Source of the DNA: Candidatus Woesearchaeota archaeon
GTDB lineage: Archaea > Nanobdellota > Nanobdellia > Pacearchaeales > GW2011-AR1
Direction: 5' to 3'
Length of the DNA stretch: 38,743 bases
NCBI GenBank assembly: GCA_964429545.1
Contig: CAYSCL010000002.1
Span: 1 to 38,743, forward strand
Position 1 is the stretch's first letter. Every line of letters starts with the position of its first letter. Both the position numbers and the translations under genes were made by a program. The notes below the pieces were generated by a model. It was not told where the DNA came from, made no database searches, and saw only the letters and a program-made list of their open reading frames with translations. This document shows positions 16,149 to 24,062 of the stretch, one piece after another.

Positions 16149-17105
16149 TTAACATTGGGCCGTTGTTGCAGAACCAGTAGCACTATATCCAAATCCTGGA
16201 CTAGGATTTGTAGAATCTAAACTAATAGTTCCGCATAATTCTGGAACATTATTGAAAGATTGACAAACAACATCCCCATAAGCTTGAGGATTTCTTCCAC
16301 TATTAACAATTTGTCCATTAACAACAAGTGTTGGACTACCCCTAACTCCTGCAGCTTCACTTAATACAGAATCTTCAGCATAATATTCCTCAGCTCTTCC
16401 TGATTCAATACATTCAGCTAAAGCACTAGAATCAATACCAATTTCTAATTCGCATGCTGCAGCATCATCTTGAGTACCAGTCTTACCTAAGAAACATTCT
16501 AAATATGGGATAAATTTATCAGTTTGTTCTTCTCTAATACAAACTTGCCTAGGCGTTTCAACCTCTTCTTGATTATTTGTATGCATATAATAATGTACAA
16601 ATCTAATCTCTAAATCAGCAACTTCACTCAAAGCTTTCATAGTAGGAATAAATCCTTTTTCAGCTTGAGTACCATAAGGACAATGAGTCATAACAAATAA
16701 TTGGACTAAAGGTTCATCACTCTTAATAATTTCACCAGTAACCGGAGCAGGTTTCTCTTCAACAACAACTTGTTGAGTAATAGGCATTACACCTTGAACA
16801 TAATAAAGGCCATCTTTAGTCACATGAACAGGAATTTCTTTTCCTTCAGCGGAAATAGTAACTTGATACAAACCCTCACTAAAATCAGATGAATCAATAT
16901 ACTCAATTTGGGTCGCGCCCATTGAATTAATATAATCTACAAAATTTTCTCCAGCCTGTTTAGAACTCAAAGTTCCAGCATTGAAAACCATTGAACCAAT
17001 TAAAATTAGAGACAAAATAGCAAAAACAAAAGTAGTAACTTTCCAGGGATTCTTTTTAATCTTCCCAACAAAATCATACTTTTTACTCTTTTTTTTACTT
17101 GCCAT
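16149..17105 (-). CDS. membrane-anchored thioredoxin-fold (DsbA-like) protein
   Basis: N-terminal transmembrane anchor (VTTFVFAILSLILIGSMVF). The thioredoxin-like motif FVMTHCPYG has a single Cys (C-P-Y-G). A cis-Pro-type motif RGSPTLVVNG follows, along with several additional Cys residues. Confidence 0.5.
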   Translation of the reverse strand: MASKKKSKKYDFVGKIKKNPWKVTTFVFAILSLILIGSMVFNAGTLSSKQAGENFVDYINSMGATQIEYIDSSDFSEGLYQVTISAEGKEIPVHVTKDGLYYVQGVMPITQQVVVEEKPAPVTGEIIKSDEPLVQLFVMTHCPYGTQAEKGFIPTMKALSEVADLEIRFVHYYMHTNNQEEVETPRQVCIREEQTDKFIPYLECFLGKTGTQDDAAACELEIGIDSSALAECIESGRAEEYYAEDSVLSEAAGVRGSPTLVVNGQIVNSGRNPQAYGDVVCQSFNNVPELCGTISLDSTNPSPGFGYSATGSATTAQC

Positions 17106-17480
17106 AGTTCACTAAAAACAAAAACCTTTTATAAAAGTTTCTAAGAAATTCAAAAATAATTGATACTTTCCAAAATTCCCTGCAGGAGGAATGGGGGAGA
17201 ATCGACTTAAAACCAAAAGAAGATAACTTCTATAATTCTTTATAACCAAAGAAAATTGGTATCAAAGTCACTCCTGCAGAGAATATAATATGTTTAAGCT
17301 CCCACCTCTTGAAATCCATAAGAAAAAATAATCAAATTTCTATAAAATATTAATTTGCAAAAAAGGATAAAATACATGCAACTTTTTCAAAGAATTAAAT
17401 AATTTTGATAAAAAACTTTTTCATAAACTAAAATTAATTTTCAACCAAAGCATTAAAAATAAGTTTAACTTAATTAGTTC

Positions 17481-18794
17481 ATGCCATATGACATAGTAGT
17501 AGGAAGAGGAGAATCAGATAAAAAGCTTTTAGGAAAAAAAGGACTTTTACATATCGGGAGAGGATATGTAAAAATGGGGCAATATAATTCTCTTTCAAAT
17601 AATATTTTTTTAGACATTGCAAGAAGCCACGTAGTTTTAATTGCAGGTAAAAGAGGTTCAGGAAAATCATACACCTTGGGAGTTTTAACTGAAGAAATAT
17701 CCAGTTTACCCAAAGAAGTTTCAGAAAACATTGCCTCACTAATTTTCGATACAATGGGCATATATTGGACAATGAAATATCCTAATGAAAAAGACAAAGA
17801 ACTTTTGCACGAATGGGGATTGTCTCCAAAAACACTTCCAGTAAAAATTTTCGTACCCTTTGGAAGCTATGATGAATTTATAGACAAAGGTATCCCAGTT
17901 GACGAAAAATTTGCATTAAGTGTCTCAGAATTAGACGCAGAAGATTGGATAATAACTTTTGGATTAAGTTTATTGCATCCAGTTTCAACATTAATACAGA
18001 GATCAATAATCAAATTAAAAGAAACAGGAGAAAAATATACAATAAAAGATGTCTTAGAAACAATAAAAGAAGATAAAAGAAGTGAAAAAGAAACAATAAA
18101 TTCAGCAATGGGACTTTTTGAGACTGCAGATACTTGGGGAATTTTTGCTCAAGAAGGAACAGATGAAACAAAAATCCGAGAATTAATAACGGGAGGAACA
18201 ACTTCTGTTTTAGATTTGTCAGTATACAATTCAGTTGGAGCTTTTAATGTAAGGGGACTAGTAATAAGTTTACTATCTAGAAAATTATTCAATGAAAGAA
18301 TGATGGCAAGAAAACAAGAAGAAATTAATTCTGTTTCAAGAGGACTGGATTATTCAAGTGAAGAAAAATCAAAAGAAACTCCTTTAGTTTGGCTTTTCAT
18401 CGATGAAGCCCATGAATTCCTCCCATTAAATGAAAAAGTAATTTCAACCGATGCACTAGTACAAATATTAAGAGAAGGTAGACAACCAGGAATTTCACTT
18501 GTTCTAGCAACACAACAACCAGGAAAAATCCATACAGATGTTATGACTCAATCAGACATAGTTTTAGCTCACAGAGTAACTTCAAAACCTGATGTGGATG
18601 CGCTAAACCATATGATGCAATCATACCTAACAAATACAATTCAAGGATTCATGAATGATCTTCCAAGCCTAAAAGGTTCAGCAATAATTCTAGACGACAA
18701 TTCAGAAAGAATTTATCCAATGAGAATGCGTCCAAGATTCACCTGGCACGGAGGTCAGGCTCCAACTGCCGTAAAGATAAAAAAAGAATTCTAG
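17481..18794 (+). CDS. HerA/FtsK-superfamily ATPase (DUF87-like)
   Basis: Walker A AGKRGSGKSYT, Walker B WLFIDEAHEF, and an arginine-finger region REGRQPGISLVLATQQP. No NurA-like partner is present in the window. Confidence 0.65.
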   Translation: MPYDIVVGRGESDKKLLGKKGLLHIGRGYVKMGQYNSLSNNIFLDIARSHVVLIAGKRGSGKSYTLGVLTEEISSLPKEVSENIASLIFDTMGIYWTMKYPNEKDKELLHEWGLSPKTLPVKIFVPFGSYDEFIDKGIPVDEKFALSVSELDAEDWIITFGLSLLHPVSTLIQRSIIKLKETGEKYTIKDVLETIKEDKRSEKETINSAMGLFETADTWGIFAQEGTDETKIRELITGGTTSVLDLSVYNSVGAFNVRGLVISLLSRKLFNERMMARKQEEINSVSRGLDYSSEEKSKETPLVWLFIDEAHEFLPLNEKVISTDALVQILREGRQPGISLVLATQQPGKIHTDVMTQSDIVLAHRVTSKPDVDALNHMMQSYLTNTIQGFMNDLPSLKGSAIILDDNSERIYPMRMRPRFTWHGGQAPTAVKIKKEF

Positions 18795-18796
18795 TT
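18762..18796 (+). repeat. 35-bp direct repeat, copy 1 (covers the last 10 sense codons and the stop of the herA-like gene)
   Basis: ccaactgccgtaaagataaaaaaagaattctagtt is identical to 18884-18918. Confidence 0.85.
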
Positions 18797-18883
18797 GACC
18801 AGAGTGACAGAGGCACGGAAGAACAATCTTGGCATCATCAATTACTATTGTTTTAGATGACAAGGTTGAGAGCAAGGCAAGCA

Positions 18884-18918
18884 CCAACTGCCGTAAAGAT
18901 AAAAAAAGAATTCTAGTT
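18884..18918 (+). repeat. 35-bp direct repeat, copy 2 (intergenic)
   Basis: Perfect copy 122 bp downstream of copy 1. With weaker upstream similarity, it preserves the in-frame tail QAPTAVKIKKEF*. Confidence 0.85.
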
Positions 18919-18963
18919 TTCAAATACACAAATTAATTTAAATAAACGTTTACACAAAATAAA

Positions 18964-19185
18964 ATGGGATTAAAAAAACCTTTTGAAGGAGCATATATAG
19001 AAAAAACAAAAATTTGCCCCTATGCAAAAAACCATGCAAAAGAAGATTATCTCTTCAGACAAAAAGAAATATTTTGCAATATTGAAAAATGTCCCTATAA
19101 CAATCAAATAGAACCAGAATTTATGGTAGAAAAATTACCAAAAATTTGTAAAACTAGGGGGCTTGTGGAAAAATTGAAAGAATAA
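18964..19185 (+). CDS. hypothetical small Cys-containing protein (73 aa)
   Basis: Four Cys residues including two C-P-Y motifs. No family recognised. Confidence 0.45.
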   Translation: MGLKKPFEGAYIEKTKICPYAKNHAKEDYLFRQKEIFCNIEKCPYNNQIEPEFMVEKLPKICKTRGLVEKLKE

Positions 19186-20010
19186 CTATTTTCTACCAAA
19201 CAATCTCTTCAACCAACTCTTGCCCAAAACTTCAAAATCAATTCTCAATCTAACTTTATACGGCGCAATTTCTCCAGCATCTTTTACTTTCAAAATTTTA
19301 ATCTTCTTTCCAGCTTTCTTAGCTTCTTTTTTAACCTTCTCAACAATTAATCCCTTATCTTCAATTTTACAAAAATCATAATAATAAATTCTTGTCCCAG
19401 ATTTGACAAACATAAAAGCCTCTTTCAAAAAAGTATCTTCTAACTGAGGTCTAGCCATAACAATAACATCGAAATTTTTCCCTTCTTTCACAAGTTTCGG
19501 AGCAACCTTCTTTATATCTCCGGGAACCAAAATAACTTTCTCTTCAACTTTGTTTCGAGAAATATTTTCTTTCGCATACTCATTTGCTTTCCGATTCAAT
19601 TCATTAGAATAAACAACTTTGGCATTTGTATTTTTAGCAATAACAATAGAAAAAGGAGCAACACCAGCACACATAACTAAAACTTCATCCCCTTTCTTAA
19701 TCATCTCAGAAACTTCTTTTCTCTCATTACTCAACCTTGGAGAAAAATATGTGTCATCAATATTAAACCTGAACTCGCAACCATTCTCTTTATACAAAAC
19801 TTCCTTATTTTTAACACCCGCCAAATGCTTAGTAGTTTGTTTTCTGAGCCTTCCACTAAATTTATGAGCTTTCTCAACAACCGTTTTCAAATTATTATGT
19901 TCTTTCAAAAGTTTCTTCGCAAAAACCTTCTTATCTTTTTCATTTGTATCAAATGGAAAATTCACAATTGCAACATCGCCTAATACACTAAAAGATCTTT
20001 GTTTTGTCAT
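19186..20010 (-). CDS. trm5: Trm5/Taw2 (Met-10+) family tRNA methyltransferase
   Basis: SAM-binding VLVMCAGVAPFSIVIAK followed by VYSNELN and GDIKK, with an N-terminal D2-like domain. The layout is typical of archaeal Trm5/Taw enzymes. Confidence 0.7.
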   Translation of the reverse strand: MTKQRSFSVLGDVAIVNFPFDTNEKDKKVFAKKLLKEHNNLKTVVEKAHKFSGRLRKQTTKHLAGVKNKEVLYKENGCEFRFNIDDTYFSPRLSNERKEVSEMIKKGDEVLVMCAGVAPFSIVIAKNTNAKVVYSNELNRKANEYAKENISRNKVEEKVILVPGDIKKVAPKLVKEGKNFDVIVMARPQLEDTFLKEAFMFVKSGTRIYYYDFCKIEDKGLIVEKVKKEAKKAGKKIKILKVKDAGEIAPYKVRLRIDFEVLGKSWLKRLFGRK

Positions 20011-20104
20011 TATAATATTTGGAATATTTAATTTAAATGACTTTTGTAAAATTTATCTTTTTCCCCACATAAATTCTTATAAAACAAATCAACTTTATTC
20101 TAAC

Positions 20105-20527
20105 ATGATATCACATAAAAGAGCAATAAGAAGAAACATAAAAGAATCAAAAAGAAAATATAAACAGCTTCTAAAAAAACAAAAAGAAGAACAAAAAATC
20201 AGAAAACTCAATGAAGAAGAAAAAGCAAAAAAAGAACCCTCAAAACACATCAAAAAATTAAGATTGCCAAAAGACAAAGAAACCGATTTATTAGAAAAAG
20301 AACAATTAAGACTTTCAGAACAATATGATTTATACGTTTCAAAAATTAAAAATTTAGAAGATAAATTAGAATATGTTTGTTCAAAAACAAAATACTCCAA
20401 CAATAAAGAAAAATACGAAAAATTAATAGAAGAAATCAAAACATATATTCTAAAATTTAATAATCAACTAGATTCAACAGAAGAAGAACTAAAAAAATTA
20501 CAAAAAAGAATCAAAGAATTGAAATAA
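20105..20527 (+). CDS. hypothetical Lys/Glu-rich coiled-coil protein (140 aa)
   Basis: Heptad-like charged sequence. A TATA-like ttcttataaaac sits about 30 nt upstream. Preferred over the antisense ORF 20095..20439, which is low-complexity. Confidence 0.45.
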   Translation: MISHKRAIRRNIKESKRKYKQLLKKQKEEQKIRKLNEEEKAKKEPSKHIKKLRLPKDKETDLLEKEQLRLSEQYDLYVSKIKNLEDKLEYVCSKTKYSNNKEKYEKLIEEIKTYILKFNNQLDSTEEELKKLQKRIKELK

Positions 20528-20593
20528 TTTCCATCTACAACCTAATTTTAATTTCCAAAAATCTAAAATAATTTTCTTAAAAATCTTCTCCAC

Positions 20594-20663
20594 ATTAATT
20601 TAATTCTTAAAATTCAAAGAACCACGTTCTTGAATTTTATTCTATAAATTCTGAACTTGTTCA
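20594..20663 (+). repeat. double-hairpin element, copy A
   Basis: Hairpin 1 is aaaattcaa-A-gaac cac gttc ttgaatttt (20609-20638), followed by tctataaatt, then hairpin 2 tgaac-tt-gttca (20652-20663). Confidence 0.7.
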
Positions 20664-20723
20664 ACAAATTCTCCTTGCTCTCAAAATCCACATATTTATA
20701 AAAATAAAATTCCTAAATCAACC

Positions 20724-21653
20724 ATGAAAGAGGTCAAAAAAGTAACATTAAGCCTATTCACAATAATAGCATTAAATTTAATTTCAGCTTATCAATACGC
20801 AGGAAGTTACAATAATTTTGGAATAGGAAGATTTTTTATGGATACATTAGAATATGTTCCTTTAGCCATTTCATTTCTTGCAATATTTTGGTTATTGTAT
20901 TTTGCAATAAATCGAACAAAGATAAACAATGGTTGGATAATAGCTTTAATATTATCAGTTTTCTCAACCTATGGATTAACAAAATTAAATATTCCAATAG
21001 AAAACATATTTTACAAAATAGGATTTAATCAAGAATTGCTCTTTACAATCGGACCTTGGATTCTTTTAGGTTTAACAATGCTAATAATTTGGAAATGGGG
21101 ATTTGGAAGATTATTTATCATATTTGGATTAATCTTTTTAGCATTAGGAATTTTCAAAGTAGCAGCAGAAAGCGGAGCCGCGATAGTTATTGGTTCAATT
21201 TTCTTAATCATTGGATTAATTTTATATAGAAGAAGAAGATCAAAAGAAAAATTTTACAGCGAAGAAAACATAAGAAAATTAGAAGCAGATGAAAAAAGAG
21301 AAGGCCTTAGAAGATATAGAAGAGAGAGAAGAGGAAGGAGATGGAATAGAGCTAAAACAATTGGTAAAATTGCAGGCACACCCATAAAATGGGGAACACA
21401 AGGAATAGGATTGGCAGGGGAACAATCTAAAAAACAAATAAAAAAAGCCAAAAAACAAGCAAGAAAATACAACAAAATGCAAAGACAATATGACAAATAT
21501 TCAAAAAGAATAAATAAAATAGTTAGTGACAACGGAGGACAAATTCCTTCAGCCTCTTCAAATCCAAAGGATAGTGCTGAATATTCAAGATTAATAAGTG
21601 GAATGAGGAGAATAGAAAAAATTGCAGAAAGAAACAACAGAAATCTGAGATAA
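20724..21653 (+). CDS. polytopic membrane protein with a long basic C-terminal tail (309 aa)
   Basis: Five to six hydrophobic helices followed by an Arg/Lys-rich cytoplasmic tail (RRRRSKEKF...RRYRRERRGRRWNR). Confidence 0.55.
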   Translation: MKEVKKVTLSLFTIIALNLISAYQYAGSYNNFGIGRFFMDTLEYVPLAISFLAIFWLLYFAINRTKINNGWIIALILSVFSTYGLTKLNIPIENIFYKIGFNQELLFTIGPWILLGLTMLIIWKWGFGRLFIIFGLIFLALGIFKVAAESGAAIVIGSIFLIIGLILYRRRRSKEKFYSEENIRKLEADEKREGLRRYRRERRGRRWNRAKTIGKIAGTPIKWGTQGIGLAGEQSKKQIKKAKKQARKYNKMQRQYDKYSKRINKIVSDNGGQIPSASSNPKDSAEYSRLISGMRRIEKIAERNNRNLR

Positions 21654-21658
21654 TCAAA

Positions 21659-21819
21659 CCCCTAATTCCCAATCACCAACTCCCAATTCCCAACTTCTAT
21701 CTCCAATTCCTAATCCCTAACTCCCAATTCCTAATCCCTAACTCCTAATTCCCAACTTCTATCTCCAATTCCCAATCACCAACTCCCAATTCCTAATCCC
21801 TAACTCCTAATTCCCAATT
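21659..21819. repeat. C-rich 10/11-nt unit array, locus 2 (largest; about 15 units, about 21-bp period)
   Basis: ctcc[c/t]aattcc alternates with taatccctaa, caacttctat, or caatcaccaa. There are 12 runs of three or more C on the + strand. The array starts 6 nt after the stop at 21653. Confidence 0.8.
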
Positions 21820-21865
21820 ATCATAGAAATAATTTATAAAAATCTTCATTTAATTTATTCTGCCT

Positions 21866-21935
21866 AACTAATTCTCTAAAATTTTCAGAACCACGTTCGA
21901 AAATTTTATTTTATAAATTATGAATTTTAATTCAT
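21866..21935 (+). repeat. double-hairpin element, copy B (divergent)
   Basis: Hairpin 1 is aaaattttc-A-gaac cac gttc gaaaatttt (21878-21907), followed by ttttataaatt, then hairpin 2 atgaatt-tt-aattcat (21920-21935). Confidence 0.7.
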
Positions 21936-21970
21936 TAAAAATTATTTCCTAAAAAATCCCTTATCAAATT

Positions 21971-22045
21971 CTAACCTCCAATCCCCAACTCCTAATCCCT
22001 AATTGCTAATCCCTAATTTCCAAATACTAACTCCCAATTCCTAAT
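21971..22045. repeat. C-rich unit array, locus 3 (degenerate), abutting the FEN1 stop codon
   Basis: ctaacctccaatccccaactcctaatccctaattgctaatccctaatttccaaatactaactcccaattcctaat. Confidence 0.7.
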
Positions 22046-23083
22046 TCAAAACCACTTATCCAAAGATTTCTGATTCTTAGCTTTTTTTACTTTCTCCAAT
22101 CTTTCAAGTTGAGTATCAATTCTATCCTCATTAAAACCATGCCTTTCAACCAATATTTCTTTAACTTTATCAAAATCAGGTTTAGGAAATTCAATCTCCA
22201 AATCATCAACCCTTGGAGCACGAAATAAACTAAAAATAACTTTCCAATCAAACTGATCCTCTTCATCCATTGCTTCAATCTTATCCTTAACAGCCTCGAA
22301 AATCTTTTCAGGATCCTTATACTCTTTGACCAATTCCAAAGCCTTCTTTTGACCAATCCTAAAAACTCCCTTCGGATTATAATCAGTTCCAACCAAAATA
22401 GCCAAACAAATTAATTGATCCCTATCAATTCCCCATTCATCCAACAAATCTGACAAAATAATTTTCTCAGGCCTAACTTCCACATAACCAGAATAAGTTC
22501 TCTTCTTCCTAGAAACAGTTAAATTTCTAATTAAAATCGGAGCACCAAAAATCAAAGAATCGTAATCTTGGCTAACAATCCCATAGATTTCTTCACGTCT
22601 AGCCAAATAAGCAGCTTGAGCTTCACCTTCAGAAGGCGCCTGTATAACGCAAACCCCCAATGCTTCCAACAATTCTTTACTTTCTTTAATCATTTCATCA
22701 TCCAACCTAGTCAATTGCTGGCCATATTTCCTCATAGATTCAATGTCTTCACTCTGTTTAGCTTCTTGATATTTTTCACGAGCAACATCCCTCACATCCC
22801 CTCTTTTTTTATGAATCTTCGACTTTAACTCAGGAGGGATCCCATCAAAAACATAAACCAATTTAATCCCTTCAGAAATCAAAGCAACATTACGATACAA
22901 AATTCCAGACAAATGAGAAGTTATATTCCCCTCTTCATCCATCAAAGGAGTTCCATCAGCTTGCCTAATAGTAGACAAAAACTGATAAAGAATATTAAAT
23001 GCATCAACACAAACAGTTTTTCCCTTCAAATCAGGAAAATCAATCTCTTTTCTTTTAACAATTTCCCGTATATTCAATCCCAT
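22046..23083 (-). CDS. fen1: flap endonuclease 1
   Basis: N-terminal MGLNIREI, XPG-N (VCVDAFNILYQF) and XPG-I (APSEGEAQAAYL) regions, H3TH GTDYNP, and a C-terminal PIP box QKSLDKWF. The first ATG is at 23083. Confidence 0.9.
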   Translation of the reverse strand: MGLNIREIVKRKEIDFPDLKGKTVCVDAFNILYQFLSTIRQADGTPLMDEEGNITSHLSGILYRNVALISEGIKLVYVFDGIPPELKSKIHKKRGDVRDVAREKYQEAKQSEDIESMRKYGQQLTRLDDEMIKESKELLEALGVCVIQAPSEGEAQAAYLARREEIYGIVSQDYDSLIFGAPILIRNLTVSRKKRTYSGYVEVRPEKIILSDLLDEWGIDRDQLICLAILVGTDYNPKGVFRIGQKKALELVKEYKDPEKIFEAVKDKIEAMDEEDQFDWKVIFSLFRAPRVDDLEIEFPKPDFDKVKEILVERHGFNEDRIDTQLERLEKVKKAKNQKSLDKWF

Positions 23084-23213
23084 AATCAATGTATCAAGAA
23101 CAAATTAATAAATCTTTTTGAAAATTAACTATCCAAAATATTTTCTTCACTAGAATATATGTGATTATAAATTCCAAATATAAATCTTATCTATTTACTT
23201 TAAAATTTCCCAG

Positions 23214-23284
23214 ATTAATTACAATCTTAAAATTCAAAGAACCACGTTCTTGAATTTTAGTCTATAAATTCTGAATTTATTCAG
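23214..23284 (+). repeat. double-hairpin element, copy C
   Basis: Hairpin 1 (23229-23258) is identical to copy A, followed by gtctataaatt, then hairpin 2 ctgaat-tt-attcag (23271-23284). Confidence 0.7.
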
Positions 23285-23296
23285 CAATATTAAAAA

Positions 23297-23770
23297 TCAT
23301 TCTTTCAAATAATTAATTAATTCAAAAAATTCTTCGCCCTTTCTATACATTTCCCCATGTATTGCATGAACTCTTTTAGGATTATTATCTGCGACCCAAT
23401 TAATTGACATTTTTCCCCCCTTAACAGGAACCTTCACAATTTCTGGCTCATATGCCTTTTTTATAATTCCAACTTTTGGTTTCAAATGTTTTGAACTAGG
23501 TAAAATTTTTTTACCTTGAGAAAACAAATAAACATCTAAACAATGTTTGCCATATCCTTGAAAATTCTTATAAATCCATCGCTTAGATTCTCCTTCAGCT
23601 CTTAAATTAATATTATCTAAAAGAAAATTATAATTTTTAGAATTCCTTTCCTCTTTGCTCCTATATCCAAAAAAATCACTCGCCAAATAATCATCTGGCA
23701 TAATATCATAAGGAAGAAAATCAGAAATTTCCTCGTTATCAGAAATTCTTTTTTCAAGTGCTTCTTTCAT
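23297..23770 (-). CDS. hypothetical protein (157 aa)
   Basis: The ATG lies 1 nt after the stop of the upstream 96-aa gene, suggesting translational coupling. No motif recognised. Confidence 0.5.
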   Translation of the reverse strand: MKEALEKRISDNEEISDFLPYDIMPDDYLASDFFGYRSKEERNSKNYNFLLDNINLRAEGESKRWIYKNFQGYGKHCLDVYLFSQGKKILPSSKHLKPKVGIIKKAYEPEIVKVPVKGGKMSINWVADNNPKRVHAIHGEMYRKGEEFFELINYLKE

Positions 23771-23771
23771 T

Positions 23772-24062
23772 TTAATTTATATCCTCCGAAAAATAATGGC
23801 CTTTTCTTTCATTATAAATTTTTTTACCTTCAATATATTCATCTTTCAAATCTAATGGGATAAAACCCTTGTTTTCAAAAAAATGGTAATATAGATAATC
23901 ACTTTTAGATAATTCTAAAAGATTTTTGAAAACTAAATAACTTCTTTCATCTAAAATTTCTTCAACTTCCGAAAAATCAAACTTCTTCGATTTAGAACTA
24001 AGTCTAGGCAAATCCTTCAATTTTGATTCTTTAACAGATGTAATAATTTCCCCCAATTCCAT
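23772..24062 (-). CDS. hypothetical protein (96 aa from the first ATG)
   Basis: The track ORF starts at TTG 24140 and overlaps the RCC1 gene end. ATG 24062 lies about 27 nt downstream of a TATA box (24081-24094, tactatataaagtt on the + strand). Confidence 0.45.
   Translation of the reverse strand: MELGEIITSVKESKLKDLPRLSSKSKKFDFSEVEEILDERSYLVFKNLLELSKSDYLYYHFFENKGFIPLDLKDEYIEGKKIYNERKGHYFSEDIN

Noticed and set aside
17180-17279. The 100-nt inverted-repeat-closed segment as 5S rRNA or a tRNA-like gene
   Set aside because: It has no recognisable 5S loop motifs or tRNA D/T-arm consensus, and its interior is very AT-rich. I kept it only as a low-confidence finding.
18745-18918. The herA-like 3' duplication as a diversity-generating retroelement VR/TR pair
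   Set aside because: The repeat is only 35 bp and perfectly identical, with no adenine-specific differences. There is no reverse transcriptase or accessory gene in the window.
21659-21819. The C-rich periodic array as a CRISPR array
   Set aside because: The repeat units are only 10-11 nt and the intervening units are also 10 nt and themselves repeated. There are no repeats of 25-40 nt, no unique spacers of 30-40 nt, and no cas genes in the window.
21659-22045. CCCTAA/TTAGGG motifs as telomere repeats
   Set aside because: CCCTAA occurs only as part of the longer taatccctaa unit, interleaved with other units. The locus is internal, between two ordinary genes, and archaeal chromosomes are not known to use such telomeres. 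I treated it as a coincidence of unit composition.
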